A stretch of DNA of 64,000 bases from a virus (IMGVR_UViG_3300029581_000002); one strand, 5' to 3'; counted from the first letter of the stretch, positions 46,780 through 56,609 are shown. Numbers and translations are program-made. The notes: a model not told the origin generated them from the sequence alone.

Positions 46780-47129
46780 TTTAATAGTTCCAATTTAGCT
46801 ACGTCCTTATCATACCATATCCCAATCCAGAAGTTGTCTACAAAGTTCCTATGATTCATGATGGTATAATTAAGCCTTAAGACATCACTAGATATAAGAT
46901 AGTAATTCTTCCTATCAGTAGCCTCCAATGTTTCTTTGAGCACTGCGTGCTTGCCAATAATTTGAATATTCCTTGTAATAGCGAATGGTAATGAAATCGC
47001 TGCCCCAACTGTTGCTATTGAGAATACAATCTCAACTGCCACTGCAACTTCTCTTAGGTCTTTAGACCCTACTCGCGAAAGACATACACAAATAAGTAAA
47101 ACAATCACTGCAATAATAAATAATCCCAT
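46776..47129 (-). CDS. hypothetical membrane protein
   Basis: 117 aa with two N-terminal TM helices. Confidence 0.35.
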   Translation of the reverse strand: MGLFIIAVIVLLICVCLSRVGSKDLREVAVAVEIVFSIATVGAAISLPFAITRNIQIIGKHAVLKETLEATDRKNYYLISSDVLRLNYTIMNHRNFVDNFWIGIWYDKDVAKLELLK

Positions 47130-47157
47130 AAAATTGATATTTAAACGTTAATAATAG

Positions 47158-47676
47158 TGGACCTAGGCGGAGTCGAACCGCCGTCCAAACAACCCTCATT
47201 AATAAGATTACGTGTGTCTCTATTTTATTACATCAGCTGTTGAGTTCAGCATGTAGGTAGTTTTACTAAGAAGCCGAGTGTTAATTCACCAATTACGTCT
47301 CCCTCGTAGGGCTACGACTTAGTTGTTCACAAACTACCAAACTGGGCTTGACCGAACGGTCGCTCCACCACTCCATTTACGTTGGAGAACGTTTCTATTT
47401 GTAACCCATAGATAGGTAGTGGAGATTTCAGCTTTACTAACCTTTGGCTTTCAAGTTAAGTGGGCTGCCCTATATGCTTCTTCCCACACCTCTTCTGTTT
47501 CTAGGTCTCTCCAATTAACCCGACTTAGAGCTAAATTAATAGATAAGCCAGCAGCTTAGGCTGCCATTCTTACTTCAGTGTTTCCACTTAAATTGCTGTA
47601 TCATTATTAAAGAGTTGGTACGAACTCTACACGTCTTACTAACTTGTAATCGCCTGTCAAAACCAAATCTAGGCCC
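47158..47676 (-). ncRNA. tmRNA-like RNA (SsrA-like)
   Basis: Minus-strand 5' end GGGCCUAGAUUUGGUUUUGACAGG resembles the tmRNA 5' consensus GGGGCUGAUUCUGGAUUCGACGGG. The 3' end GGCGG TTCGACT CCGCC TAGGTCC A gives a T arm plus acceptor pairing with the 5' end. A short tag-like frame ..GGA AAC ACT GAA GTA AGA ATG GCA GCC TAA (GNTEVRMAA*) ends near nt 120. There is no ORF over 519 nt. Confidence 0.4.
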
Positions 47677-47812
47677 ATAGAACGGCATGATTATCCTCTC
47701 ATGCCAGGAGGTCTCTCAAACCTGAACAAAAAAGCTATCAGTATCTTCCTGTGCTACATTGAGTAGCGTACCCATTACAGACTTAATAGCCTAGGAGTTA
47801 TTTTTATTCCAT

Positions 47813-48166
47813 TTAAAATGGTAAGTTCCCTTCATGTTTCATCCAACTATAAACTACAATTTCATAATCTGGGAAATCGTTGGCAAGTTTAATACAACTG
47901 TCAAACGATAACTCTGTTATGCATATAAGAGGGTAATCATTGTCAAGCCATTCTCTAATTACATCCTTATCAGGAATATGCTCATCCAATGACCATTTAA
48001 GCTCACGTTCAAGTCTTTCACGTATCGTATTTAATTTAATATGGTCATGTGTTCCATATATAACATTTAATATGTAATACAATAAATGGCTATTGAACTT
48101 ATCAACATCGCTAATAAGAATATGCCTCTTGGCATTCCTTAAAGAATTAACTGCATTCTGATTCAT
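47813..48166 (-). CDS. hypothetical protein
   Basis: 117-aa ORF. Confidence 0.4.
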   Translation of the reverse strand: MNQNAVNSLRNAKRHILISDVDKFNSHLLYYILNVIYGTHDHIKLNTIRERLERELKWSLDEHIPDKDVIREWLDNDYPLICITELSFDSCIKLANDFPDYEIVVYSWMKHEGNLPF

Positions 48167-48245
48167 ACACTTATTAATTAAAAGCCCAAGTGTGTTTCAC
48201 AACATGACTGGGGCAAGCCTAAACTATACAAAACTTTAAAATGAT

Positions 48246-48317
48246 TGGGAGAGGATGGGAGATTCGAACTCCCTCCGCCAGTTCGCAACTAGCCTTCTAC
48301 CATTAAACTAATCCTCT
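48246..48317 (-). tRNA. tRNA with encoded CCA; anticodon uncertain (GCG/Arg-like loop TTGCGAA)
   Basis: Acceptor AGAGGAT/ATCCTCT followed by C-CCA, D arm GTTT AATGGTA GAAG, T arm GGGAG TTCGAAT CTCCC. Confidence 0.45.
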
Positions 48318-48327
48318 CTTGGCATTA

Positions 48328-48951
48328 TTAACGCTTCACAGCTTCTTCAAAGTTCTTTACAATCTTCTCTGCCTTCTCACGGGAACAGTCAAGCATGTGC
48401 ATAGTAAGATGAATGCGTTGTTCACGCATCAAATCTTCTATGGCTCCTTCATTGCCTTCTTCTCTAGCCTTGAGAGCTTTTAATAGCTCTTCTGGCGTTT
48501 CAACACCTTCAACATCAGCACCGATAGCCTTAGATATATCCTTCAGAAACTCAAACAAAGCTTTTTTGCCTTCTTCGACTTTAAATGTAGAGCCTTGTCT
48601 TTGGTCTCTCATTTTCATAAGAATGTCAAAGATTTCACGGGCAGAAGCTTCGTCATCCTCATTCAGAGTGACAGCATGACGTTCATGAGGTTGAACACGA
48701 ATAGATTCGTCTTTAACTTCCATAACGAGCAAGTCTTCACCGTCACCACGAACAATGACGATTTCACGGTCTTTCCTTTCGTCATAACCGCCACCAACAG
48801 TGAAGTTCTTGTAAGGAACTTCTTTGCCTTCAGCGGCATCGAGCACATGCCCAAGAATAGTTTCAGCTTCTTCTACGATAGAATCATAGCATGGGTCTTT
48901 CTTTGGATTGAAATCAATACCAGCTTTCAGGCGTTCTTGTAATTTCTTCAT
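48328..48951 (-). CDS. hypothetical protein (compositionally GC-richer than neighbours)
   Basis: 207-aa ORF. Its higher GC content suggests a horizontally acquired gene. Confidence 0.45.
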   Translation of the reverse strand: MKKLQERLKAGIDFNPKKDPCYDSIVEEAETILGHVLDAAEGKEVPYKNFTVGGGYDERKDREIVIVRGDGEDLLVMEVKDESIRVQPHERHAVTLNEDDEASAREIFDILMKMRDQRQGSTFKVEEGKKALFEFLKDISKAIGADVEGVETPEELLKALKAREEGNEGAIEDLMREQRIHLTMHMLDCSREKAEKIVKNFEEAVKR

Positions 48952-49262
48952 TTCCTTCTAAATTTAAAGAGTTTGATTTATTAATTATTTGATTAGTCTG
49001 GTAAGAACCAGACTCCTATGGCCGCAACAATACCTATAGCTCCGACTACATATGTAAAATCGCCAGCTGTAGGCAACATGATATTAATAATTACTAATGC
49101 TCCAATGGCAGAACTAATTATTATATTGTCTTTCTTATTCTTAGTGAGTTTCATAATTACTAATATTGGTTAAGAGTGACTCCACCGTGACATGCCAATC
49201 ACAGTGAAGTTTCGTCGTAATTTTCAACGACTCATCAGACTCTCTTTTAGACGGAAAGGAGA

Positions 49263-49505
49263 TTATGATATATAATTATCAATAGAATCTCCAGTTGCTG
49301 CCCTAATCTGTTCCCATGGAATGTTCTCTTCTTCGCAAAGCTGTTTGGAGGACTGTATCCACTCCTTGGCGAAGTCTATAAAATCACCGCATTCTCTCTT
49401 AGCGATTACTATAGCTTCTTTGCAGCTGTAAGCGATGATTCCGGGAAGAAGAGATTTGTCATTGTTAATTGCATGTTTAACTATAGGGCTGTTCTTTATA
49501 TCCAT
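49263..49505 (-). CDS. hypothetical protein
   Basis: 80-aa ORF. Confidence 0.35.
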   Translation of the reverse strand: MDIKNSPIVKHAINNDKSLLPGIIAYSCKEAIVIAKRECGDFIDFAKEWIQSSKQLCEEENIPWEQIRAATGDSIDNYIS

Positions 49506-49515
49506 TGTTTAAAGG

Positions 49516-49749
49516 TTAGATTGTTGTTACACTGCTGATAATAGAATAATCGATAATGATTGAAAGCATGCCGTTTAAATCAGATGTCTCATAAGGAACC
49601 TGATGTTTAGCAATTTGTCTTTCGGCTTGCTGCATCATGGGCTGGTTAGTTCCAAACCCAAGAAGCAATTTACCTTCACGAGAAGTAACAGATTGATGAT
49701 TGAGAGTACATGGTATTCTCTGTTTCCTAAATTGTATCTGCGATAACAT
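49516..49749 (-). CDS. hypothetical protein
   Basis: 77-aa ORF. Confidence 0.3.
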   Translation of the reverse strand: MLSQIQFRKQRIPCTLNHQSVTSREGKLLLGFGTNQPMMQQAERQIAKHQVPYETSDLNGMLSIIIDYSIISSVTTI

Positions 49750-49751
49750 TG

Positions 49752-50096
49752 TTACTTAGTTAATAAGTTAGCAAATCCTTTCCAGAAGTAGCGAGGGAAG
49801 TGTCCAGTCAGTTGTACATAATTAACTCCTGCTGACACCTTATGTCTAGCTGTAACCTTATGTCCGTCAATGGACATCGTGATTAAGCTGCCAGAAACTG
49901 TCACATCACTATCTGACATATCATACAAATCCCCTAAGTCCTTAATAGGAATCCACTTAGATGTAGTTTCATCTTTGTAGCTATTAAGACGAGATTGTAG
50001 TTTGGCATCAGAGGGCTGACCAGTTCTCATATCAATAACCTCACCCTCACAATCTGCAAGGATGAAGTTCTGTGTATAGTTAAAGTATAGTTTCAT
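49752..50096 (-). CDS. hypothetical protein
   Basis: 114-aa ORF. Confidence 0.35.
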   Translation of the reverse strand: MKLYFNYTQNFILADCEGEVIDMRTGQPSDAKLQSRLNSYKDETTSKWIPIKDLGDLYDMSDSDVTVSGSLITMSIDGHKVTARHKVSAGVNYVQLTGHFPRYFWKGFANLLTK

Positions 50097-50632
50097 GTGT
50101 ACTGAACTTTATATCTTTTAGTTCTTCTAGTTTGTAGATTAATAACATCTACCGAATCAGTACCTGCCTTTACGTAAACCTTACCAGATATCTCTTTGAT
50201 AAAGTCATTCTCTGATTTACCTTCAAAAGTTCCGATAAGGCATAGTGTTACTCCATTGACAAGTACTTTGGTAAATTTATCAACCTGTATAGGAGCCAAA
50301 GGTATTCCTTCTTCTCTTACATGGTTAAATGCCTTAGTGTAGGCTCTATACCTCGCAAGACGATGTTCATAATTAGCACCTTTAGAGGGATAGCTAGCAA
50401 GTACTGAAGTATCCTTAATTACCACATACTCTTTACCAGGCAATCCACCTTCATACCATGATTTAGATATTACTTTGATACCGGATTTTACTAATAACCA
50501 TTTGTCTACAGCATCACATAAACGCTCTTTACCACATATCTGTAACAATATGGGTATTAAGTTACGTTTAAGCTCTCTGTATTCCTCTGCTAATTCATTA
50601 GTCATAGATAAGTTGGCAGTTAACCTACTCAC
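50093..50632 (-). CDS. hypothetical protein
   Basis: 179-aa ORF. Confidence 0.4.
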   Translation of the reverse strand: MSRLTANLSMTNELAEEYRELKRNLIPILLQICGKERLCDAVDKWLLVKSGIKVISKSWYEGGLPGKEYVVIKDTSVLASYPSKGANYEHRLARYRAYTKAFNHVREEGIPLAPIQVDKFTKVLVNGVTLCLIGTFEGKSENDFIKEISGKVYVKAGTDSVDVINLQTRRTKRYKVQYT

Positions 50633-50671
50633 TGCCAGGTTTTAAAATATGGAAATCTCACACTCCTTTGG

Positions 50672-51478
50672 TTACTTAAAGATTATTGCAGACGTGATAT
50701 TAACGCGGATGTTCTCTTTAGAAGAGATATATTTATTCCACAGGTCAGTCACAACCTTTTGTTTGTCCTGACCACGCACAGACAGCAAACGATTACGACC
50801 ACTCGTATACAACGGAAGTGTGCTTGTAGATACTTTGTTCCAGAAGTCGTCAAGAGTATCTAATTTATGCTTCTTATCAAGAACAAGATAAGCTGTTACA
50901 CCACCAATCATAGATGCATGGAGTAATCCTTTAGTGTACTTCTTGTACTTGAGTGCAAGTCCTGTAACCTCATCAAAGGTAGTTTCATACTTTCTGTACA
51001 TGTTCAACAAATCTTGACGAGTCAGACCAGTCCCTCTAAGTCTGTGAAGAGCGCCAGCATCAGCCAAACCTTTCAAGCCCTTGGTCAAAGCGTAATATTT
51101 AGCCACAATGGAAGCTTTCTGGGTAGGATTAGTAATGCCCATGATTCCAAACACATCACCTGCACTTCTTGTTTTACCAGTATCTATGGTAGTCCAAGTT
51201 TCGTGTTTAACACCTTCTATGAGCACAGTTTGAAATGGAACACCTGCCTGTATGCACGCTGCTAGACGATGATAGCCGTTATCAGTAAGACCTTTATCAT
51301 TTATAATGATTGCCTCACCATTCAAATGCCATTTACCTTCAGACATTTGAATAGCATACTTGTTGATATTGTCTCTAGAAATAGGCCGATTGTGCAAATA
51401 CTTTGACAATAGTACTTCTGCATCTTTCGGTGTGATTTCTACTACACTGAACTTGAGAGATGATTTTAATGTCTTCAT
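50672..51478 (-). CDS. ParB-like nuclease/N-terminal-domain protein
   Basis: GYHRLAACIQAG parallels the ParB N-terminal-domain GxxRxxA motif. Confidence 0.45.
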   Translation of the reverse strand: MKTLKSSLKFSVVEITPKDAEVLLSKYLHNRPISRDNINKYAIQMSEGKWHLNGEAIIINDKGLTDNGYHRLAACIQAGVPFQTVLIEGVKHETWTTIDTGKTRSAGDVFGIMGITNPTQKASIVAKYYALTKGLKGLADAGALHRLRGTGLTRQDLLNMYRKYETTFDEVTGLALKYKKYTKGLLHASMIGGVTAYLVLDKKHKLDTLDDFWNKVSTSTLPLYTSGRNRLLSVRGQDKQKVVTDLWNKYISSKENIRVNITSAIIFK

Positions 51479-51817
51479 AATTAATCTAATGAGTTACCTA
51501 TACACTCACGAGGTTTTAGTGAAACGTTAATAAAGAACTAATTAGTTTCAGTCTATTGACTTACTTATAGCATCGCCACGTAAAGGCTTAGTTATGATGC
51601 CACTCCCGTCACGGGAGGATATGCTGTAATAAAACGAACAAAAATATTATTACAAGTAAAGGAATCCACCTTCCTGTGCCACACTCCTTTGCCTTATCTC
51701 ACGATAAGACATCTCTCCAGTATTAAAGGAAGATACTGTTTGGTATAAGAGATGCTCTGCATTAGTCTCCGGGCGTACCCATTATGGTGGATGACTATAT
51801 CATTTCTGTAAAAATAA

Positions 51818-52120
51818 TCATACAATGGTTTTACATTTACTCACCTTTAAGATGAGTTCTTGGTCTTCAGGGTCTTTCTCTAACTGACGTTCTAATCCTT
51901 TCATGTAATTGGAACGTTCGTAGCTAGTAAGACTGAATCCTTGCCAGTTCTCCAGACACCATGCTACATAGAATGGATTGGAGTAACAGACGTCTTTTAC
52001 TTTCTGATTCTTATATTTGCCAATATTAAAGAATCTCCACACGCTCATACCTATTGCTGTGGTATATCTATTGTCAACTCTGCGACAATCATCGTATTTA
52101 GTATGCATAATGATATACAC
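51818..52120 (-). CDS. hypothetical protein
   Basis: 100-aa ORF. Confidence 0.35.
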   Translation of the reverse strand: MYIIMHTKYDDCRRVDNRYTTAIGMSVWRFFNIGKYKNQKVKDVCYSNPFYVAWCLENWQGFSLTSYERSNYMKGLERQLEKDPEDQELILKVSKCKTIV

Positions 52121-52568
52121 TTTACCTGTTCAGTGTGAGGTTTCTATTAATTTGCATTTTACACCTAAAACTTATAATAAGGATTCTCTACTCTGGCATT
52201 ATGATTCTAGGAATCAAATTTGTAGTAGCTAAGCATTTATAAGGATAGTCCTAAACTTATTATAAGAAACTGGTGTTGCAAGACGTCCTATCCTAAGAGG
52301 AACCAGACTGTCTCATAGTTTTTTAGTGTTTGTTAGTAGCTCTTGTACGCATTACTCGGCAGAGGAGCCTTACCGAAACCTACAATGTAGGACGCTGTTT
52401 AAAACTTAAAGATTAACTTAAATTAAAACTAAAACAACCATAGTGGACTCCTGCTTTAACGCGTGAAGCAGGAACGTCTTAATTTGGGCAATACATGCAT
52501 TATGTCCATTTTGCACGTAAAGGATTCCAAGCATTTGCAACTACTTAGAAGAGCTAAACCCTGTGATG

Positions 52569-52886
52569 TTATCGGTGTGAGGAATAGATGTCTATAATCT
52601 CTTTGTAAAAGTCTCTGCGACCTACGAGATAGTCATCTCCCCAATACTCTACTACCTTCTTAAGACCTTCAATTACTTGATACATAGTAGCACCATTACT
52701 AAAGCATGTCAATAGCTCTAGATGTCCATGTATGTCCTCTTTACACAAATGCATCCATTCGTTGCCAATTGGATTGTAAATGTATAATATGCTGTTAGTC
52801 AAAGGTCTAGCTGGACGTAGTTTAATTCCGCTTGAATGAACGTATTCGAATACCATAAATGTGCGCATGGTTAACCTATACACCAT
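52569..52886 (-). CDS. hypothetical protein
   Basis: 105-aa ORF. Confidence 0.35.
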   Translation of the reverse strand: MVYRLTMRTFMVFEYVHSSGIKLRPARPLTNSILYIYNPIGNEWMHLCKEDIHGHLELLTCFSNGATMYQVIEGLKKVVEYWGDDYLVGRRDFYKEIIDIYSSHR

Positions 52887-52903
52887 GAGGTTTTAATCGT
52901 TAT

Positions 52904-53158
52904 TTACTTCCAAATAAGTTTAGAGCCTTTGGAACATGCCGCATAAGATTCATCATTAAGTACTACATATAATAAATCAAAGTCGTCTTTGCTTTCATTA
53001 AATGCATCTTCAATGTCCTTCTTATTGTCAGCTTCCTTGACTATTGTCTCTTCGTCTGGGTCAAAGTTCTCTCCTATTAAGGTATACCAAGTGCTTGGTG
53101 ATTTCTCACAAATTGCATCAATTAGAGCATCTGTGAAATCGTCTTCGATGTAGTCCAT
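52904..53158 (-). CDS. hypothetical acidic protein
   Basis: 84-aa ORF. Confidence 0.35.
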   Translation of the reverse strand: MDYIEDDFTDALIDAICEKSPSTWYTLIGENFDPDEETIVKEADNKKDIEDAFNESKDDFDLLYVVLNDESYAACSKGSKLIWK

Positions 53159-53250
53159 AAATATATAGTATTATTGTCAACTCAAACAAAAGGTGAGTAT
53201 GCATATCTATCACAGACCTACATACTCTTAATAATATTCATTTTACACAT

Positions 53251-53448
53251 TCAAACGGTCTGAACTACGTACTTTAGTACTTTATATCTCGTCCCACTCC
53301 AAGTGGAGATTTGTTCAAGCAAATAATAGCCTACTGCTTCCTCAAACAGAGGATTTGTCAGTTTATACATTATACCATTATTTGCATGAATTGCATCGTT
53401 CCGATTACGTCCAAATACAGTTCTTAATTTTGATTTCTTCGCTTTCAT
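53251..53448 (-). CDS. hypothetical protein
   Basis: 65-aa ORF. Confidence 0.3.
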   Translation of the reverse strand: MKAKKSKLRTVFGRNRNDAIHANNGIMYKLTNPLFEEAVGYYLLEQISTWSGTRYKVLKYVVQTV

Positions 53449-53555
53449 TTCACTATTCAGCTAACTACATACTAACAAATATATCTGAATAAGCATGATA
53501 AAAAGAAAGACACAAATAGACTTTCTAAATGTGTCTTTCAATAAGAAGTACTTTG

Positions 53556-54038
53556 TTATTCCTTGCAATATGCAATGACATTTACGTTCATTTGGCTGCC
53601 GTCCCTTGCGACGCTTTCAAACGTTTCTATCGCCTTTGCGGTTACTTCCGTACCTTGTAAATCTGCAAGACATTCCGCTATTGTCTTATTTTCAAACATA
53701 TTGAAAATACATTTGTCTTTGTCCGCCTCTGGAAGAATGTCAACCGGTGTAATACGCTTGTTGTTTTCACGGTCGTTGAAAGACCGGAACAAAGAGTTTA
53801 TAGATACGTTTCTTGCCACTCCATTGACTTCTACGGCAACTTGAAAGAACGTATTGCCATTTACAACACCCTTTGTAATAGTTCCGTTGAACTCGTTAAT
53901 TTCAGCGGGAAATTTCAATTTGTCGCCTACCTTGATAGAATCAGGATTAACACCCAAACGGTTTAAAGCCGCCGCAATTTCGTTTTTGCTTGCTTTCGGT
54001 AACTTCTTGTTAACTTCTTGTAATTCTGCTAAATTCAT
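53556..54038 (-). CDS. hypothetical protein; first gene of the minus-strand module
   Basis: 160-aa ORF starting next to the divergent regulatory region. It is GC-richer than its surroundings. Confidence 0.4.
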   Translation of the reverse strand: MNLAELQEVNKKLPKASKNEIAAALNRLGVNPDSIKVGDKLKFPAEINEFNGTITKGVVNGNTFFQVAVEVNGVARNVSINSLFRSFNDRENNKRITPVDILPEADKDKCIFNMFENKTIAECLADLQGTEVTAKAIETFESVARDGSQMNVNVIAYCKE

Positions 54039-54347
54039 AGTTTAATAATTTATTAGTGAAACAATATAGAACGGGCTTATTTACCCGTTCTTGATTTAAT
54101 TTTATACGCCTGCAATTAGTTCTTTATATTCTGACATTGTGATATAACAACCTGTAAGATTAACACGAACTAAACCGTTTGATAAAATAGTGTATATAAG
54201 CTAATAATTTTAAAATGAATATTATAAAGCAAAACCAAATGATATAAATCTTTTGATTTTCTCCAAACATGGGTGAGGGGTGTGAAGGGTAACACGACTG
54301 TCGTATCCGCAATATACACAAATCTTGCAATATTCACCTAGCATCCG

Positions 54348-54559
54348 AGTTGGCAATATATAATATGACAACCCACCCCGGGAGTGGGAGGGGTGTGATT
54401 TTGAGCACCCGTACTTGTGAGTTGGCAATATATATTAATTTCTATTCATCTTACTAATTGCAAGCAAGCCCCGAAGGGGCGCAGATTGCCACAGCACGTC
54501 ATGAAGTTCCGAGTTGGCAATATACTTAATATTAACTGTGAATTTGAGTTGGCAATATA
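54348..54559. promoter_or_regulatory. divergent regulatory region with four direct repeats GAGTTGGCAATATA plus GC-rich hairpins
   Basis: Exact 14-mers at 54348, 54419, 54511 and 54546. There are extra GCAATAT cores at 54309 and 54327. A GCCCCGAAGGGGC hairpin lies at 54468..54480. Confidence 0.6.
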
Positions 54560-54691
54560 TAATATATATTAATAATTATATTACCATTTGGTAATATTGA
54601 AATATATAACTAATTTTGTATTGTCAAATTAAATAATAATATATTTGCGAACTTAAATCAGAATTATTAACAATAACTAAAATTTATACCA

Positions 54692-54946
54692 ATGGCTAAA
54701 GAAGTTAAAGACTTAACAAGTAAAGAAGTAGATGAAGTAAAAATATTAAAGACTAGTTTGTCAGAATGTCCAGTAAATACTGATTTAGGATGTAATGAAT
54801 CAAAGGCAACTAACTGGGTGAAGTTAGACAATAAAACAACAGATGTAAAATTAGAATTATTAAATAAATTGCAAGACGGACTAGCTAATGGAGCTGGTAT
54901 TGAATATTTAATGCAACTATCTTGCATTTATAATAACATTCGCTAA
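54692..54946 (+). CDS. hypothetical protein
   Basis: 84-aa ORF, first plus-strand gene. Confidence 0.4.
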   Translation: MAKEVKDLTSKEVDEVKILKTSLSECPVNTDLGCNESKATNWVKLDNKTTDVKLELLNKLQDGLANGAGIEYLMQLSCIYNNIR

Positions 54947-54948
54947 TA

Positions 54949-55323
54949 ATGAGACATATTGATAGAATTAATAAGCAGTATGAAGAGAAGGAAGTTAAAT
55001 TGCTATATGATAAAGCTGTAGCGTTAATGAATCTTCTTAGTGATGAGGAATATGAACAAGTAATTACAGATAATGCAGATATATTTAAATTAGCATCTCA
55101 TCCCGAGAGGGGTGAGTTCTATTTACAAGATAAGCACAACTTAGTCCAGATTGTAGACATATTTAGTAAATTCATTAAAACTAAAGGCCTATCTAAGGAC
55201 GAATTTAAAATAATGACTCTAGATGAAGTTAAAGAGTATATGGTTGATGTTATTAATGATATCACATCATTCGAACCAGATGAGCTATTCACGATAGTAA
55301 AGAACTTAGAGAAACTTCAATGA
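54949..55323 (+). CDS. hypothetical protein
   Basis: 124-aa ORF. Confidence 0.4.
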   Translation: MRHIDRINKQYEEKEVKLLYDKAVALMNLLSDEEYEQVITDNADIFKLASHPERGEFYLQDKHNLVQIVDIFSKFIKTKGLSKDEFKIMTLDEVKEYMVDVINDITSFEPDELFTIVKNLEKLQ

Positions 55324-55631
55324 AACTAGAACAGATACCAGGTGATTATGATAATGTAGACCAGAGAGCTCTAGAATTATTAAAGACTAATGACTATGAA
55401 TTAGCAGAGTATATGAGGGATTATATAAAGGAATTATATGCTAACATACATATGAGAGACTTCTATATTAGAAACCTTAAGGATGAAATACTTCATACAC
55501 TCAAACATAGAGACTCTATAAGTGGTGAGGAGCTACTACAAATACTAAATAAGGTAGCTCCATGGGATATGGAATATGATGGCAGATGGCAAACTAGAGA
55601 CTATTTAGCAAGAGCAAAGGCTAATCAATGA
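55320..55631 (+). CDS. hypothetical protein
   Basis: 103-aa ORF with an ATGA overlap with the previous gene. Confidence 0.4.
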   Translation: MKLEQIPGDYDNVDQRALELLKTNDYELAEYMRDYIKELYANIHMRDFYIRNLKDEILHTLKHRDSISGEELLQILNKVAPWDMEYDGRWQTRDYLARAKANQ

Positions 55632-55734
55632 TAACACAAGAAGTAGAATTAGTAGAAGAAGCATTATATAGGAATGCGTACATATATCCAGGCTGGAAGT
55701 ATTGCCTACCTGGATTACTAAAGACAATATATTT

Positions 55735-55971
55735 ATGACAGGAGAAGAAATTATAGTAACATTTAAAGAGCCTTGGTATAATGATTATACCAGACGATTA
55801 TACACTCAATTATCTGAACAAATGATTAGAGAAGAGATTGAGAGAGTGCATAAAGAACCAATCATTACTAATACTGCATTTGATATAGCAGTAGACAAGG
55901 CTTTCTTAGAGTTACTGCATGACAACAAGGATTTAATTAATATCACAGAACGATACAAGAACCATGAGTAA
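55735..55971 (+). CDS. hypothetical protein
   Basis: The ORF track starts at a TTG (55702). The first ATG is at 55735 (MTGEEIIV..). Confidence 0.35.
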   Translation: MTGEEIIVTFKEPWYNDYTRRLYTQLSEQMIREEIERVHKEPIITNTAFDIAVDKAFLELLHDNKDLINITERYKNHE

Positions 55972-56026
55972 AATAGCAACAGAATTAGAAGCTAAGACTA
56001 TGGGGGGGGACTCTCTCGGTAATTGA
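55964..56026 (+). CDS. leader ORF MSKIATELEAKTMGGDSLGN ending just after the G8 tract; in -1 register to the downstream ORF
   Basis: Manual translation. Deleting one G from G8 (56002..56009) fuses it in frame to the ORF that is open from 55989 to 56609. Confidence 0.4.
   Translation: MSKIATELEAKTMGGDSLGN
56002..56009 (+). repeat. G8 homopolymer at the leader/main-ORF junction
   Basis: Direct count of eight G. Confidence 0.9.
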
Positions 56027-56177
56027 TAATAAGTGCTGTACTAAAGCTAGAGCACTTGAATTAGGATGTCAGATTAAAAGTGGATTTAGTTATACTGATA
56101 ATCAGTTAGTAGAGTTAGAAGGTATAGAGGCAGCTATAACTGCTCCAAATGTAATCCTTCATTATGGTTGGCAGGAT

Positions 56178-56609
56178 ATGCCAATTAATAATATACAGCA
56201 ATTTAGAGTACGTTTCTCATTTGTTAATGAGAGTTCAGTGAATGGAGAGCCGTTTAAGTATTCTGACAATACTATGTACTTTACAATTACTCCAAGATTA
56301 GAGCAAGGAGAACGAACGTACACTAAGACTTTAGCAAATCCTCTTAAATATTACTTAGAGAAATTAGCACCTTCTAACCAAGACCCATATAATACACCTG
56401 TTTGGATACGTTTTGAGGGATACATGATGCTTAAGCAAGTGTCTCAAATTACATTAGCAGTAGATTCTCAATCTGAGAATTGGGCAGAAGGAGTAACATT
56501 TCCTTCATCTGGAAAGTGGGTCAAAATGAATAATTCTGGTAGAGTACTTAGATTTACTGGTGGGGAAACAGACCTAAACATAGAACTGTATACAGCATCA
56601 GCGCAATGA
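56178..56609 (+). CDS. hypothetical protein; frame open upstream to 55989 with no ATG, likely the main body of a G-tract-controlled gene
   Basis: 143 aa from the first ATG. The upstream in-frame 63 codons carry no start codon. Confidence 0.45.
   Translation: MPINNIQQFRVRFSFVNESSVNGEPFKYSDNTMYFTITPRLEQGERTYTKTLANPLKYYLEKLAPSNQDPYNTPVWIRFEGYMMLKQVSQITLAVDSQSENWAEGVTFPSSGKWVKMNNSGRVLRFTGGETDLNIELYTASAQ

Noticed and set aside
48985-49152. Small minus-strand ORF(s) encoding a TM peptide (MKLTKNKKDNIIISSAIGALVIIN..) with a second in-phase-shifted TM frame (MLPTAGDFTYVVGAIGIVAAIGVWFLPD)
   Set aside because: The two hydrophobic halves are in different frames and would need a frameshift to join. Neither half alone is convincing.
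54222-54927. Minus-strand ORFs 54222-54428 and 54667-54927
   Set aside because: The first lies across the repeat-rich regulatory region. The second is antisense to the first plus-strand gene. Neither shows a coding signal.
55632-55734. Extension of ORF 55702-55971 upstream through TTG start or TAG read-through
   Set aside because: The upstream in-frame sequence (..RSRISRRSIY*) does not look coding. An ATG at 55735 gives a cleaner start.
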